Below are positions 34,201 to 48,300 of a stretch of 64,000 bases of DNA, in pieces. Location: assembly GCA_964016885.1 (NCBI GenBank), contig OZ024743.1, positions 140,926,001 to 140,990,000 on the forward strand, read 5' to 3'. A model generated the notes under the pieces. The model searched no databases, was not told where the DNA came from, and was given only the letters and a program-made list of their open reading frames with translations. A program made the translations under genes and the position numbers. Position 1 is the first letter of the stretch, and every line of letters begins with the position of its first letter. Source of the stretch: Eledone cirrhosa. Taxonomy: Eukaryota.

Positions 34201-37072
34201 TTTTGTGTTTGGTGCTTGGTTCTTGGTGTTTGGTGCTTGGTGCTTGGTACTTGGTGTTTGTACTTGGTGCTTGGTGCTTGGTGTTTGGTTCTTGGTTCTT
34301 GGTGTTTGGTACTTGGTGCTTGGTGCTTGATGTTTGGTGTTTGGTGCTTGGTGTTTGGTGCTTGGTGCTTGGTGCTTGGTGTTAGGTGTTTGGTGCTTGG
34401 TCCTTGGTGTTTGTTGCTTGGTGTTTGGTGTTTGCTGTTTGATGTTTGGTGTTTCGTGTTTGGTGTTTGCTGTTTGGTGTCTGCTTTTTGGTGTTTAGTG
34501 TTTGCTGTATGGTGTTTGGTGTTTGCTGTTTGGTGGTTGGTCTTTGGTGCTTGGTGTTTGGTGCTTGGTGCTTGGTGTTTGGTGTTTGGTGCTTGGTGCT
34601 TGGTGTTTGGTGTTTGGTGCTTGGTGTTTGGTGTTTGGTGCTTGGTGTCTGGTGCTTGGTGTTTGGTTTTTGGTGCTTGGTGTTTGGTGTTTGGTGCTTG
34701 GTGTTTGGTGTTTGGTGTTTGGTGCTTGGTGCTTGGTGTTTGGTGTTTGGTGTTTTGTGCTTGGTGTCTGGTGCTTGGTGTTTGGTGTTTGGTGCTTGGT
34801 GTTTGGTGCTTGGTGCTTGGTGTTTGGTGCTTGGTGCTGGGTGGTTGGTGTTTGGTGCTTGGTGTTTGGTGCTGGGTGCTTGGTGTTTGGTGCTGGGTGC
34901 TTGGTATTTGGTGCTTGGTGCTTGGTCTTTGGTGCTTGGTGTTTGGTGTTTGGTGCTTGGTCATTGGTGTTTCTACTTGGTGCTTGGTGCTTGGTTCTTG
35001 GTGTTTGGTGCTTGGTGCTTGGTGTTTGGTGTTATATGCTTGGTGTTTGATGCTTGGTGCTTGGTGCTTGGTGTTTGGTGTTTGGTGTTTGATGCTTGGT
35101 GCTTGGTGTTTGGTGCTTGGTGCTTGGTGTTTGTACTTGGTGCTTGGTGCTTGGTGCTTGGTGTTTGGTGCTTGGTATTTGGTGCTTGGTGCTTGGTGCT
35201 TGGTCCTTGGTGCTTGGTGTTTGGTGGTTGGTGTTTGGTGGTTGGTGTTAGGTGTTTGGTGCTTGGTGCTTGGTGTTTGGTGTTTGGTGCTTGGTGTTTG
35301 GTGTTTGGTGCTTGGTGTTTGGTGCTTGGTACTTGGTGCTTGGTGCTTGGTGTTAGGTGTTTGGTGCTTGGTGTTTGGTGCTTGGTGTTTGGTGCTTGGT
35401 GCTTGGTGCTTGGTGCTTGGTGTTTGGTGGTTGGTGTTTGGTGCTTGGTGTTTGGTGCTTGGTGTTACGTGTTTGGTGCTTGGTGCTTGGTGTTTGGTGT
35501 TTGGTGCTTGGTGTTCGGTGTTTGGTGCTTGGTGTTTGGTGCTTTTTGCTTGGTGCTTGGTGCTTGGTGTTTGGTGCTGGGTGCTTGGTGCTTGGTGTTT
35601 GGTGTTATATGCTTGGTGTTTGATGCTTGGTGCTTGGTGCTTGGTGTTTGGTGTTTGGTGCTTGGTGCTTGGTGTTTGGTGCTTGGTGTTTGGTGCTTGG
35701 TGTTTGGTGCTTGGTGCTTGGTGCTTGGTGCTTGGTGTTTGGTGTTTGGTGCTTGGTGTTTGGTGCTTGGTGTTTGGTGCTTGGTGATTGGTGCTTGGTG
35801 TTTGGTGTTTGGTGCTAGGTGCTTGGTGTTTGGTGCTTGGTGCTTGGTGTTTGTACTTGGTGCTTGGTGCTTGGTTCTTGGTGTTTGGTGCTTCGTGCTT
35901 GGTGTTTGGTGCTTGGTGCTTGGTGTTTGGTGCTTGGTGTTTGGTGCTTGGTGTTTGGTGCTTGGTGCTTGGTGCTTGGTGTTTGGTGCTTGGTGTTTGG
36001 TGCTTGGTGTTAGGTGTTTGGTGCTTGGTGCTTGGTGTTTGGTGTTTGGTGCTTGGTGTTTGGTGTTTGGTGTTATATGCTTGGTGTTTGATGCTTGGTG
36101 CTTGCTGCTTGGTGTTTGGCGCTTGGTGTTTGATGCTTGGTGCTTGGTGCTTGGTGTTTGGTGCTTGGTGCTTGGTGTTTGTACTTGGTGCTTGGTGCTT
36201 GGTTCTTGGTGTTTGGTGCTTGGTGCTTGGTGCTTGGTGTTTGGTGCTTGGTGCTTGGTGTTTGTACTTGGTGCTTGGTGCTTGGTTCTTGGAGTTTGGT
36301 GCTTGGTGCTTGGTGTTTGGTGCTTGGTGCTTGGTGTTTGGTGCTTGGTGTTTGGTGCTTGGTGTTTGGTGCTTGGTGCTTGGTGCTTAGTGCTTGGTGT
36401 TTGGTGCTTGGTGTTAGGTGTTTGGTGCTTGGTGCTTGGTGTTTGGTGTTTGGTGCTTGGTGTTTGGTGCTTGGTGTTTGGTGTTAGGTGTTTGGTGCTT
36501 GGTGTTTGGTGTTTGGTGCTTGGTGTTTGGTGCTTGGTTTTTGGTGCTTGGTGTTTGGTGCTTGGTACTTGGTGCTTGGTGCTTCGTGTTAGGTGTTTGG
36601 TGCTTGGTGCTTGGTGTTTGGTTTTTGGTGCTTGGTGCTTGGTGTTTGGTGTTTGGTGCTTGCTGCTGGCTGCTTGGTGTTTGATGCTTGGTGATTGGTG
36701 CTTGGTGTTTTGTGCTTGGTGTTTGGTGTTTTGTGCTAGGTGCTTGGTGTTTGGTGCTTGGTGCTTGGTGCTTGGTGTTTGGTGTTTGGTTTTAGGTGCT
36801 TGGTGCTTGGTGTTTGGTGCTTGGTGCTGGGTGGTTGGTGTTTAGTGCTTGGTGTTTGGTGCTGGGTGCTTGGTGTTTGGTGTTTGGTGCTTGGTGCTTG
36901 GTGCTTGGTGTTTGGTGCTTGGTGCTTGGTGTTTGGTGCTTGGTGCTTAGTGTTTGGTGCTTGGTGCTTAGTGTTTGGTGTTTGGTGCTTGGTGCTTGGT
37001 GTTTAGTGCTTAGTGTTTGGTGCTTGGTGCTTGGTGTTTGGTGTTTGCTGTTTGCTGTTTGGTGTTTGTTGT

Positions 37073-40000
37073 TTGGTGTTTGTTGTTTGGTGTTTGCTGT
37101 TTGGTGTTTGGTGTTTGCTTTTTGGTGTTTGGTGTTTTCTGTATGTTGTTTGGTGTTTGGTGTTTGGTGTTTGGTGTTTGGTGCTTGTTGCTTAGTGTTT
37201 GGTGCTTGGTGCTTGGTGTTTGGTGCCTGGTGCTTGGTGCTTGGTGCTTGGTGTTTGGTGTTTGGTGCTTGGTGCTTGGAGTTTGGTGTTTGGTGCTTGG
37301 TGCTTGGTGTTTCGTGTTTCGTGTTTGGTTTTTGGTGCTTGGTGCTTGGTGCTTGGTCCTTGGTGTTTGGTGCTGGGTGCATTGTGTTTGGTGCTTGGTG
37401 CTTGGTGCTTGGTGTTTGGTGTTTGCTGCTTGGTGTTTGATGCTTGGTGCTTGGTGGTTGGTGTTTTGTGTTTGGTGCTTGGTGCTTGGTGTTTGGTGCT
37501 TGGTGCTTGGTGCTTGGTGTTTGGTTCTTGGTTCTTGGTGTTTGGTGTTTGGCGTTTGGTGTTTGGTGCTTGGTGCTTGGTGTTTGGTGCTTGGTGCTTG
37601 GTGTTTGGTGCCTGGTGCTTGGTGCTTGGTGCTTGGTGTTTGGTGTTTGGTGCTTGGTGCTTGGTGCTTGGAGTTTGGTGTTTGGTGCTTGGTGCTTTGT
37701 GTTTTGTGTTTGGTGTTTGGTTTTTGGTGCTTGGTGCTTGGTCATTGGTGTTTGGTGCTGGGTGCTTTGTGTTTTGTGCTTGGTGCATGGTGTTTGGTGT
37801 TTGCTGCTTGGTGTTTGATGCTTGGTGCTTGGTGCTTGGTGTTTTGTGTTTGGTGCTTGGTTCTTGGTGTTTGGTGCTTGGTGCTTGGTACTTGGTGTTT
37901 GTACTTGGTGCTTGGTGCTTGGTGTTTGGTTCTTGGTTCTTGGTGTTTGGTACTTGATGCTTGGTGCTTGATGTTTGGTGTTTGGTGCTTGGTGTTTGGT
38001 GCTTGGTACTTGGTGCTTGGTGCTTGGGGTTAGGTGTTTGGTGCTTGGTGCTTGGTGTTTGGTTTTTGGTGCTTGGTGCTTGGTGTTTGGTGTTTGGTGC
38101 TTGCTGCTGGCTGCTTGGTGTTTGATGCTTGGTGATTGGTGCTTGGTGTTTTGTGCTTGGTGTTTGGTGTTTGGTGCTAGGTGCTTGGTGTTTGGTGCTT
38201 GGTGCTTGGTGCTTGGTGTTTGGTGTTTGGTGTTAGGTGCTTCATGCTTGGTGTTTGGTGCTTGCTGCTGAGTGGTTGGTGTTTAGTGCTTGGTGTTTGG
38301 TGCTGGGTGCTTGGTGTTTGGTGCTTGGTGCTTGGTCTTTGGTGCTTGGTGTTTGGTGTTTGGTGCTTGGTGCTTGGTGCCTGGTGTTTGGTGCTTGGTG
38401 CTTGGTGTTTGGTGCTTGGTGCTTAGTGTTTGGTGCTTGGTGCTTAGTGTTTGGTGCTAGGTGCTTGGTGTTTGGTGCTTGGTGCTTGGTGTTTGGTGCC
38501 TGGTGCTTGGTGTTTGGTGTTTGGTGTTTGGTGCTTGGTGCTTGGTGTTTGGTGTTTGCTGTTTGCTGTTTGGTGTTTGTTGTTTGGTGTTTGTTGTTTG
38601 GTGTTTGCTGTTTGGTGTTTGGTGTTTGCTTTTTGGTGTTTGGTGTTTGCTGTATGTTGTTTGCTGTTTGGTGTTTGGTGTTTGGTGTTTGGTGCTTGGT
38701 GCTTGCTGCTGGCTGCTTGGTGCTTGGTGTTTGGTGCCTGGTGCTTGGTGGTTGGTGCTTGGTGTTTGGTGTTTGGTGCTTGGTGCTTGGAGTTTGGTGT
38801 TTGGTGCTTGGTGCTTGGTATTTCGTGTTTCCTGTTTGGTTTTTGGTGCTTGGTGCTTGGTGCTTGGTCCTTGGTGTTTGGTGCTGGGTGCTTGGTGTTT
38901 GGTGCTTGGTGCTTGGTCTTTGGTGCTTTGTGTTTGGTGCTTGGTGCTTGGTGTTTGGTGCTTGGTGCTTGGTGTTTGGTGCTTGGCGCTTGGTGCTTGG
39001 TGTTTGGTTTTTAGTGCTTGGTGTTTGGTGTTTGGTGTTTGGTGCTTGCTGCTGGCTGCTTGGTGTTTGATGCATGGTGATTTGTGTTTGGTGTTTGGTG
39101 CTTGGTGTTTGGTGTTTGATGCTTGGTGCTTGGTGTTTGGTGTTTGATGCTTGGTGCTTGGTGCTTGGTGCTTGGTGCTTGGTGTTTGTTGTTTGGTGTT
39201 TGCTGTTTGGTGTTTGGTGTTTGCTTTTTGGTGTTTGGTGTTTGCTGTATGTTGTTTGGTGTTTGGTGTTTGGTGTTTGGTGTTTGGTGCTTGTTGCTTG
39301 GTGTTTGGTGCTTGGTGCTTGGTGTTTGTTGCCTGGTGCTTGGTGCTTGGTGCTTGGTGTTTGGTGTTTGGTGCTTGGTGCTTGGAGTTTGGTGTTTGGT
39401 GCTTGGTGCTTGGTGTTTCGTGTTTCGTGTTTGGTTTTTGGTGCTTGGTTCTTGGTGCTTGGTCCTTGGTGTTTGGTGCTGGGTGCATTGTGTTTGGTGC
39501 TTGGTGCTTGGTGCTTGGTGTTTGGTGTTTGCTGCTTGGTGTTTGATGCTTGGTGCTTGGTGGTTGGTGTTTTGTGTTTGGTGCTTGGTGCTTGGTGTTT
39601 GGTGCTTGGTGCTTGGTGCTTGGTGTTTGGTTCTTGGTTCTTGGTGTTTGGTGTTTGGCGTTTGGTGTTTGGTGCTTGGTGCTTGGTGTTTGGTGCTTGG
39701 TGCTTGGTGTTTGGTGCCTGGTGCTTGGTGCTTGGTGCTTGGTGTTTGGTGTTTGGTGCTTGGTGCTTGGTGCTTGGAGTTTGGTGTTTGGTGCTTGGTG
39801 CTTTGTGTTTTGTGTTTGGTGTTTGGTTTTTGGTTCTTGGTGCTTGGTCATTGGTGTTTGGTGCTGGGTGCTTTGTGTTTTGTGCTTGGTGCTTGGTGTT
39901 TGGTGTTTGCTGCTTGGTGTTTGATGCTTGGTGCTTGGTGCTTGGTGTTTTGTGTTTGGTGCTTGGTTCTTGGTGTTTGGTGCTTGGTGCTTGGTACTTG

Positions 40001-41250
40001 GTGTTTGTACTTGGTGCTTGGTGTTTGGTGTTTGGTTCTTGGTTCTTGGTGTTTGGTACTTGGTGCTTGGTGCTTGATGTTTGGTGTTTGGTGCTTGGTG
40101 TTTGGTGCTTGGTACTTGGTGCTTGGTGCTTGGGGTTAGGTGTTTGGTGCTTGGTGCTTGGTGTTTGGTTTTTGGTGCTTGGTGCTTGGTGTTTGGTGTT
40201 TGGTGCTTGCTGCTGTCTGCTTGGTGTTTGATGCTTGGTGATTGGTGCTTGGTGTTTTGTGCTTGGTGTTTGGTGTTTGGTGCTAGGTGCTTGGTGTTTG
40301 GTGCTTGGTGCTTGGTGCTTGGTGTTTGGTGTTTGGTGTTAGGTGCTTCATGCTTGGTGTTTGGTGCTTGGTGCTGAGTGGTTGGTGTTTAGTGCTTGGT
40401 GTTTGGTGCTGAGTGCTTGGTGTTTGGTGCTTGGTGCTTGGTCTTTGGTGCTTGGTGTTTGGTGTTTGGTGCTTGGTGCTTGGTGCTTGGTGTTTGGTGC
40501 TTGGTGCTTGGTGTTTGGTGCTTGGTGCTTAGTGTTTGGTGCTTGGTGCTTAGTGTTTGGTGCTAGGTGCTTGGTGTTTGGTGCTTGGTGCTTGGTTTTG
40601 GTGCCTGGTGCTTGGTGCTTGGTGTTTGGTGTTTGCTGTTTGCTGTTTGGTGTTTGTTGTTTGGTGTTTGTTGTTTGGTGTTTGCTGTTTGGTGTTTGGT
40701 GTTTGCTTTTTGGTGTTTGGTGTTTGCTGTATGTTGTTTGCTGTTTGGTGTTTGGTGTTTGGTGTTTGGTGCTTGGTGCTTGCTGCTGGCTGCTTGGTGC
40801 TTGGTGTTTGGTGCCTGGTGCTTGGTGCTTGGTGCTTGGTGTTTGGTGTTTGGTGCTTGGTGCTTGGCGTTTGGTGTTTGGTGCTTAGTGCTTGGTATTT
40901 CGTGTTTCGTGTTTGGTTTTTGGTGCTTGGTGCTTGGTGCTTGGTCCTTGGTGTTTGGTGCTGGGTGCTTGGTGTTTGGTGCTTGGTGCTTGGTCTTTGG
41001 TGCTTTGTGTTTGGTGCTTGGTGCTTGGTGTTTGGTGCTTGGTGCTTGGTGTTTGGTGCTTGGTGCTTGGTGTTTGGTTTTTGGTGCTTGGTGTTTGGTG
41101 TTTGGTGTTTGGTGCTTGCTGCTGGCTGCTTGGTGTTTGATGCATGGTGATTTGTGCTTGGTGTTTGGTGCTTGGTGTTTGGTGTTTGATGCTTGGTGCT
41201 TGGTGTTTGGTGTTTGATGCTTGGTGCTTGGTGCTTGGTGCTTGGTGCTT
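37073..41250 (+). repeat. ~2.1-kb tandem duplication (offset 2106, falling to ~2070 distally), with a third copy at ~50050-52130
   Basis: ORF sets 37444/39550/50427, 37975/40081/50958 and 38237/40343/51220. Private markers TTCATGC and TGAGTGG at ~38241, ~40347 and ~51224. Confidence 0.88.
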
Positions 41251-42379
41251 GGTGTTTGGTGCTTGGTGTTTGGTGTTTGGTGCTTGGTGATTCATGTTTC
41301 TACTTGGTGCTTGGTGCTTGGTTCTTGGTATTTGGTGCTTGGTGCTTGGTGTTTGGTGTTATATGCTTGGTGTTTGATGCTTGGTGCTTGGTGTTTGGTT
41401 TTTGGTGTTTGATGCTTGGTGCTTGGTGTTTGTACTTGGTGCTTGGTGCTTGGTGCTTGGTGTTTGGTGCTTGGTATTTGGTGCTTGGTGCTTGGTGCTT
41501 GGTCCTTGGTGCTTGGTGTTTGGTGGTTGGTGTTTGGTGGTTGGTGTTAGGTGTTTGGTGCTTGGTGCTTGGTGTTTGGTGTTTGGTGCTTGGTGTTTGG
41601 TGTTTGGTGCTTGGTGTTTGGTGCTTGGTACTTGGTGCTTGGTGCTTGGTGTTAGGTGTTTGGTGCTTGGTGTTTGGTGCTTGGTGTTTGGTGCTTGGTG
41701 TTTGGTGCTTGGTGTTTGGTGGTTGGTGTTAGGTGTTTGGTGCTTGGTGCTTGGTGTTTGGTGTTTGGTGCTTGGTGTTTGGTGTTTGGTGCTTGGTGTT
41801 TGGTGCTTGGTACTTGGTGCTTGGTGCTTGGTGTTAGGTGTTTGGTGCTTGGTGTTTGGTGCTTGGTGTTTGGTGCTTGGTGCTTGGTGTTTGGTGCTTG
41901 GTGTTTGGTGTTTGGTGCTTGGTCATTGCTGTTTCTACTTGGTGCTTGGTGCTTGGTTCTTGGTGTTTGGTGCTTGGTGCTTGGTGTTTGGTGTTATATG
42001 CTTGGTGTTTGATGCTTGGTGCTTGGTGCTTGGTGTTTGGTGTTTGGTGTTTGATGCTTGGTGCTTGGTGTTTGGGGCTTGGTGCTTGGTGTTTGTACTT
42101 GGTGCTTGGTGCTTGGTGCTTGGTGTTTGGTGCTTGGTATTTGGTGCTTGGTGCTTGGTGCTTGGTCCTTGGTGCTTGGTGTTTGGTGGTTGGTGTTTGG
42201 TGGTTGGTGTTAGGTGTTTGGTGCTTGGTGCTTGGTGTTTGGTGTTTGGTGCTTGGTGTTTGGTGTTTGGTGCTTGGTGTTTGGTGCTTGGTACTTGGTG
42301 CTTGGTGCTTGGTGTTAGGTGTTTGGTGCTTGGTGTTTTGTGCTTGGTGTTTGGTGCTTGGTGCTTGGTGCTTGGTGCT

Positions 42380-45300
42380 TGGTGTTTGGTGGTTGGTGTT
42401 TGGTGCTTGGTGTTTGGTGCTTGGTGTTACGTGTTTGGTGCTTGGTGCTTGGTGTTTGGTGTTTGGTGCTTGGTGTTTGGTGCTTTTTGCTTGGTGCTTG
42501 GTGCTTGGTGTTTGGTGCTGGGTGCTTGGTGCTTGGTGTTTGGTGTTATATGCTTGGTGTTTGATGCTTGGTGCTTGGTGCTTGGTGTTTGGTGTTTGGT
42601 GCTTGGTGTTTGATGCTTGGTGCCTGGTGCTTGGTGTTTGGTGCTTGGTGCTTGGTGTTTGGTGCTTGGTGCTTGGTGTTTGGTGCTTGGTGTTTGGTGC
42701 TTGGTGTTTGGTGCTTGGTGCTTGGTGCTTGGTGCTTGGTGTTTGGTGTTTGGTGCTTGGTGTTTGGTGCTTGGTACTTGGTGCTTGGTGCTTGGTGTTA
42801 GGTGTTTGGTGCTTGGTGCTTGGTGTCTGGTTTTTGGTGCTTGGTGCTTGGTGTTTGGTGCTTGCTGCTGGCTGCTTGGTGTTTGGTGCTTGGTGATTGG
42901 TGCTTGGTGTTTGGTGTTTGGTGCTAGGTGCTTGGTGTTTGGTGCTTGGTGCTTGGTGTTTGTACTTGGTGCTTGGTGCTTGGTTCTTGGTGTTTGGTGC
43001 TTCGTGCTTGGTGTTTGGTGCTTGGTGCTTGGTGTTTGGTGCTTGGTGTTTGGTGCTTGGTGTTTGGTGCTTGGTGCTTGGTGTTTGGTGCTTGGTGTTT
43101 GGTGTTTGGTGTTATATGCTTGGTGTTTGATGCTTGGTGCTTGGTGCTTGGTGTTTGGCGCTTGGTGTTTGATGCTTGGTGCTTGGTGCTTGGTGTTTGG
43201 TGCTTGGTGCTTGGTGTTTGTACTTGGTGCTTGGTGCTTGGTTCTTGGTGTTTGGTGCCTGGTGTTTGGTGTTTGGTGCTTGGTATTTGGTGTTTGGTGT
43301 TATATGCTTGGTGTTTGATGCTTGGTGCTTGGTGCTTGGTGTTTGGTGCTTGGTGTTTGATGCTTGGTGCTTGGTGCTTGGTGTTTGGTGCTTGGTGCTT
43401 GGTGTTTGTACTTGGTGCTTGGTGCTTGGTTCTTGGTGTTTGGTGCTTGGTGCTTGGTGTTTGGTGCTTGGTGCTTGGTGTTTGGTGCTTGGTGTTTGGT
43501 GCTTGGTGTTTGGTGCTTGGTGCTTGGTGCTTAGTGCTTGGTGTTTGGTGCTTGGTGTTAGGTGTTTGGTGCTTGGTGCTTGGTGTTTGGTGTTTGGTGC
43601 TTGGTGTTTGGTGCTTGGTGTTTGGTGTTAGGTGTTTGGTGCTTGGTGTTTGGTGTTTGGTGCTTGGTGTTTGGTGCTTGGTGTTTGGTGCTTGGTGTTT
43701 GGTGCTTGGTACTTGGTGCTTGGTGCTTCGTGTTAGGTGTTTGGTGCTTGGTGCTTGGTGTTTGGTTTTTGGTGCTTGGTGCTTGGTGTTTGGTGTTTGG
43801 TGCTTGCTGCTGTCTGCTTGGTGTTTGATGCTTGGTGATTGGTGCTTGGTGTTTTGTGTTTGGTGCTTGGTGCTTGGTGTTTGGTGCTTGGTGCTTGGTG
43901 TTTGGTGCTTGGTGCTTGGTGTTTGGTTTTTGGTGCTTGGTGTTTGGTGTTTGGTGTTTGGTGCTTGCTGCTGGCTGCTTGGTGTTTGATGCATGGTGAT
44001 TTGTGCTTGGTGTTTGGTGCTTGGTGTTTGGTGTTTGATGCTTGGTGCTTGGTGTTTGGTGTTTGATGCTTGGTGCTTGGTGCTTGGTGCTTGGTGCTTG
44101 GTGTTTGTTGTTTGGTGTTTGCTGTTTGGTGTTTGGTGTTTGCTTTTTGGTGTTTGGTGTTTGCTGTATGTTGTTTGGTGTTTGGTGTTTGGTGTTTGGT
44201 GTTTGGTGTTTGGTGCGTGTTGCTTGGTGTTTGGTGCTTGGTGCTTGGTGTTTGTTGCCTGGTGCTTGGTGCTTGGTGCTTGGTGTTTGGTGTTTGGTGC
44301 TTGGTGCTTGGACTTTGGTGTTTGTTGCTTGGTGCTTGGTGTTTCGTGTTTCGTGTTTGGTTTTTGGTGCTTGGTGCTTGGTGCTTGGTCCTTGGTGTTT
44401 GGTGCTGGGTGCATTGTGTTTGGTGCTTGGTGCTTGGTGCTTGGTGTTTGGTGTTTGCTGCTTGGTGTTTGATGCTTGGTGCTTGGTGGTTGGTGTTTTG
44501 TGTTTGGTGCTTGGTGCTTGGTGTTTGGTGCTTGGTGCTTGGTGCTTGGTGTTTGGTTCTTGGTTCTTGGTGTTTGGTGTTTGGCGTTTGGTGTTTGGTG
44601 CTTGGTGCTTGGTGTTTGGTGCCTGGTGCTTGGTGCTTGGTGCTTGGTGTTTGGTGTTTGGTGTTTGGTGCTTGGTGCTTGGAGTTTGGTGTTTGGTGCT
44701 TGGTGCTTTGTGTTTTGTGTCTGGTGTTTTGTGTTTGGTGCTTGGTTCTTGGTGTTTGGTGCTTGGTGCTTGGTACTTGGTGTTTGTACTTGGTGCTTGG
44801 TGCTTGGTGTTTGGTTCTTGGTTCTTGGTGTTTGGTACTTGGTGCTTGGTGCTTGATGTTTGGTGTTTGGTGCTTGGTGTTTGGTGCTTGGTACTTGGTG
44901 TTTGGTGCTTGGGGTTAGGTGTTTGGTTTTTTGTGCTTGGTGTTTGGTGTTTGGTCTTAGGTGCTTGGTGTTTGGTGCTTGGTGCTTGGTGCTTGGTGCT
45001 TGGTGCTTGGTGTTTGGTGTTTGGTGCTAGGTGCTTGGTGTTTGGTGCTTGGTGCTTGGTGCTTGGTGTTTGGTGTTTGGTTTTAGGTGCTTGGTGCTTG
45101 GTGTTTGGTGCTTGGTGCTGGGTGGTTGGTGTTTGGTGCTGGGTGCTTGGTGTTTGGTGCTTGGTGCTTGGTCTTTGGTGCTTGGTGTTTGGTGTTTGGT
45201 GCTTGGTGCTTGGTGCTTGGTGTTTGGTGCTTGGTGCCTGGTGTTTGGTGCTTGGTGCTTAGTGTTTGGTGCTTGGTGCTTAGTGTTTGGTGTTTGGTGC

Positions 45301-48300
45301 TTGGTGCTTGGTGTTTAGTGCTTAGTGTTTGGTGCTTGGTGCTTGGTGTTTGGTGTTTGCTGTTTGCTGTTTGGTGTTTGTTGTTTGGTGTTTGTTGTTT
45401 GGTGTTTGCTGTTTGGTGTTTGGTGTTTGCTTTTTGGTGTTTGGTGTTTGCTGTATGTTGTTTGGTGTTTGGTGTTTGGTGTTTGGTGTTTGGTGCTTGT
45501 TGCTTGGTGTTTGGTGCTTGGTGCTTGGTGCTTGGTGTTTGGTGGTTGGTGTTTGGTGCTTGGTGTTTGGTGCTTGGTGTTACGTGTTTGGTGCTTGGTG
45601 CTTGGTGTTTGGTGTTTGGTGCTTGGTGTTTGGTGTTTGGTGCTTGGTGTTTGGTGCTTTTTGCTTGGTGCTTGGTGCTTGGTGTTTGGTGCTGGGTGCT
45701 TGGTGCTTGGTGTTTGGTGTTATATGCTTGGTGTTTGATGCTTGGTGCTTGGTGCTTGGTGTTTGGTGTTTGGTGCTTGGTGTTTGATGCTTGGTGCCTG
45801 GTGCTTGGTGTTTGGTGCTTGGTGCTTGGTGTTTGGTGCTTGGTGCTTGGTGTTTGGTGCTTGGTGTTTGGTGCTTGGTGTTTGGTGCTTGGTGCTTGGT
45901 GCTTGGTGCTTGGTGTTTGGTGTTTGGTGCTTGGTGTTTGGTGCTTGGTACTTGGTGCTTGGTGCTTGGTGTTAGGTGTTTGGTGCTTGGTGCTTGGTGT
46001 CTGGTTTTTGGTGCTTGGTGCTTGGTGTTTGGTGCTTGCTGCTGGCTGCTTGGTGTTTGGTGCTTGGTGATTGGTGCTTGGTGTTTGGTGTTTGGTGCTA
46101 GGTGCTTGGTGTTTGGTGCTTGGTGCTGGGTGTTTGTACTTGGTGCTTGGTGCTTGGTTCTTGGTGTTTGGTGCTTCGTGCTTGGTGTTTGGTGCTTGGT
46201 GCTTGGTGTTTGGTGCTTGGTGTTTGGTGCTTGGTGTTTGGTGCTTGGTGCTTGGTGCTTGGTGTTTGGTGCTTGGTGCTTGGTGTTTGGTGCTTGGTAC
46301 TTGGTGTTTGGTGCTTGGGGTTAGGTGTTTGGTTTTTTGTGCTTGGTGTTTGGTGTTTGGTCTTAGGTGCTTGGTGTTTGGTGCTTGGTGCTTGGTGCTT
46401 GGTGCTTGGTGCTTGGTGTTTGGTGTTTGGTGCTAGGTGCTTGGTGTTTGGTGCTTGGTGCTTGGTGCTTGGTGTTTGGTGTTTGGTTTTAGGTGCTTGG
46501 TGCTTGGTGTTTGGTGCTTGGTGCTGGGTGGTTGGTGTTTGGTGCTGGGTGCTTGGTGTTTGGTGCTTGGTGCTTGGTCTTTGGTGCTTGGTGTTTGGTG
46601 TTTGGTGCTTGGTGCTTGGTGCTTGGTGTTTGGTGCTTGGTGCCTGGTGTTTGGTGCTTGGTGCTTAGTGTTTGGTGCTTGGTGCTTAGTGTTTGGTGTT
46701 TGGTGCTTGGTGCTTGGTGTTTAGTGCTTAGTGTTTGGTGCTTGGTGCTTGGTGTTTGGTGTTTGCTGTTTGCTGTTTGGTGTTTGTTGTTTGGTGTTTG
46801 TTGTTTGGTGTTTGCTGTTTGGTGTTTGGTGTTTGCTTTTTGGTGTTTGGTGTTTGCTGTATGTTGTTTGGTGTTTGGTGTTTGGTGTTTGGTGTTTGGT
46901 GCTTGTTGCTTGGTGTTTGGTGCTTGGTGCTTGGTGCTTGGTGTTTGGTGGTTGGTGTTTGGTGCTTGGTGTTTGGTGCTTGGTGTTACGTGTTTGGTGC
47001 TTGGTGCTTGGTGTTTGGTGTTTGGTGCTTGGTGTTTGGTGTTTGGTGCTTGGTGTTTGGTGCTTTTTGCTTGGTGCTTGGTGCTTGGTGTTTGGTGCTG
47101 GGTGCTTGGTGCTTGGTGTTTGGTGTTATATGCTTGGTGTTTGATGCTTGGTGCTTGGTGCTTGGTGTTTGGTGTTTGGTGCTTGGTGTTTGATGCTTGG
47201 TGCCTGGTGCTTGGTGTTTGGTGCTTGGTGCTTGGTGTTTGGTGCTTGGTGCTTGGTGTTTGGTGCTTGGTGTTTGGTGCTTGGTGTTTGGTGCTTGGTG
47301 CTTGGTGCTTGGTGCTTGGTGTTTGGTGTTTGGTGCTTGGTGTTTGGTGCTTGGTACTTGGTGCTTGGTGCTTGGTGTTAGGTGTTTGGTGCTTGGTGCT
47401 TGGTGTCTGGTTTTTGGTGCTTGGTGCTTGGTGTTTGGTGCTTGCTGCTGGCTGCTTGGTGTTTGGTGCTTGGTGATTGGTGCTTGGTGTTTGGTGTTTG
47501 GTGCTAGGTGCTTGGTGTTTGGTGCTTGGTGCTGGGTGTTTGTACTTGGTGCTTGGTGCTTGGTTCTTGGTGTTTGGTGCTTCGTGCTTGGTGTTTGGTG
47601 CTTGGTGCTTGGTGTTTGGTGCTTGGTGTTTGGTGCTTGGTGTTTGGTGCTTGGTGCTTGGTGCTTGGTGTTTGGTGCTTGGTTTTTAGTGCTTGGTGTT
47701 AGGTGTTTGGTGCTTGGTGCTTGGTGTTTGGTGTTTGGTGCTTGGTGTTTGGTGTTTGGTGTTATATGCTTGGTGTTTGATGCTTGGTGCTTGGTGCTTG
47801 GTGTTTGGCGCTTGGTGTTTGATGCTTGGTGCTTGGTGCTTGGTGTTTGGTGCTTGGTGCTTGGTGTTTGTACTTGGTGCTTGGTGCTTGGTTCTTGGTG
47901 TTTGGTGCCTGGTGTTTGGTGTTTGGTGCTTGGTGTTTGGTGTTTGGTGTTATATGCTTGGTGTTTGATGCTTGGTGCTTGGTGCTTGGTGTTTGGTGCT
48001 TGGTGTTTGATGCTTGGTGCTTGGTGCTTGGTGTTTGGTGCTTGGTGCTTGGTGTTTGTACTTGGTGCTTGGTGCTTGGTTCTTGGTGTTTGGTGCTTGG
48101 TGCTTGGTGTTTGGTGCTTGGTGCTTGGTGTTTGGTGCTTGGTGTTTGGTGCTTGGTGTTTGGTGCTTGGTGCTTGGTGCTTAGTGCTTGGTGTTTGGTG
48201 CTTGGTGTTAGGTGTTTGGTGCTTGGTGCTTGGTGTTTGGTGTTTGGTGCTTGGTGTTTGGTGCTTGGTGTTTGGTGTTAGGTGTTTGGTGCTTGGTGTT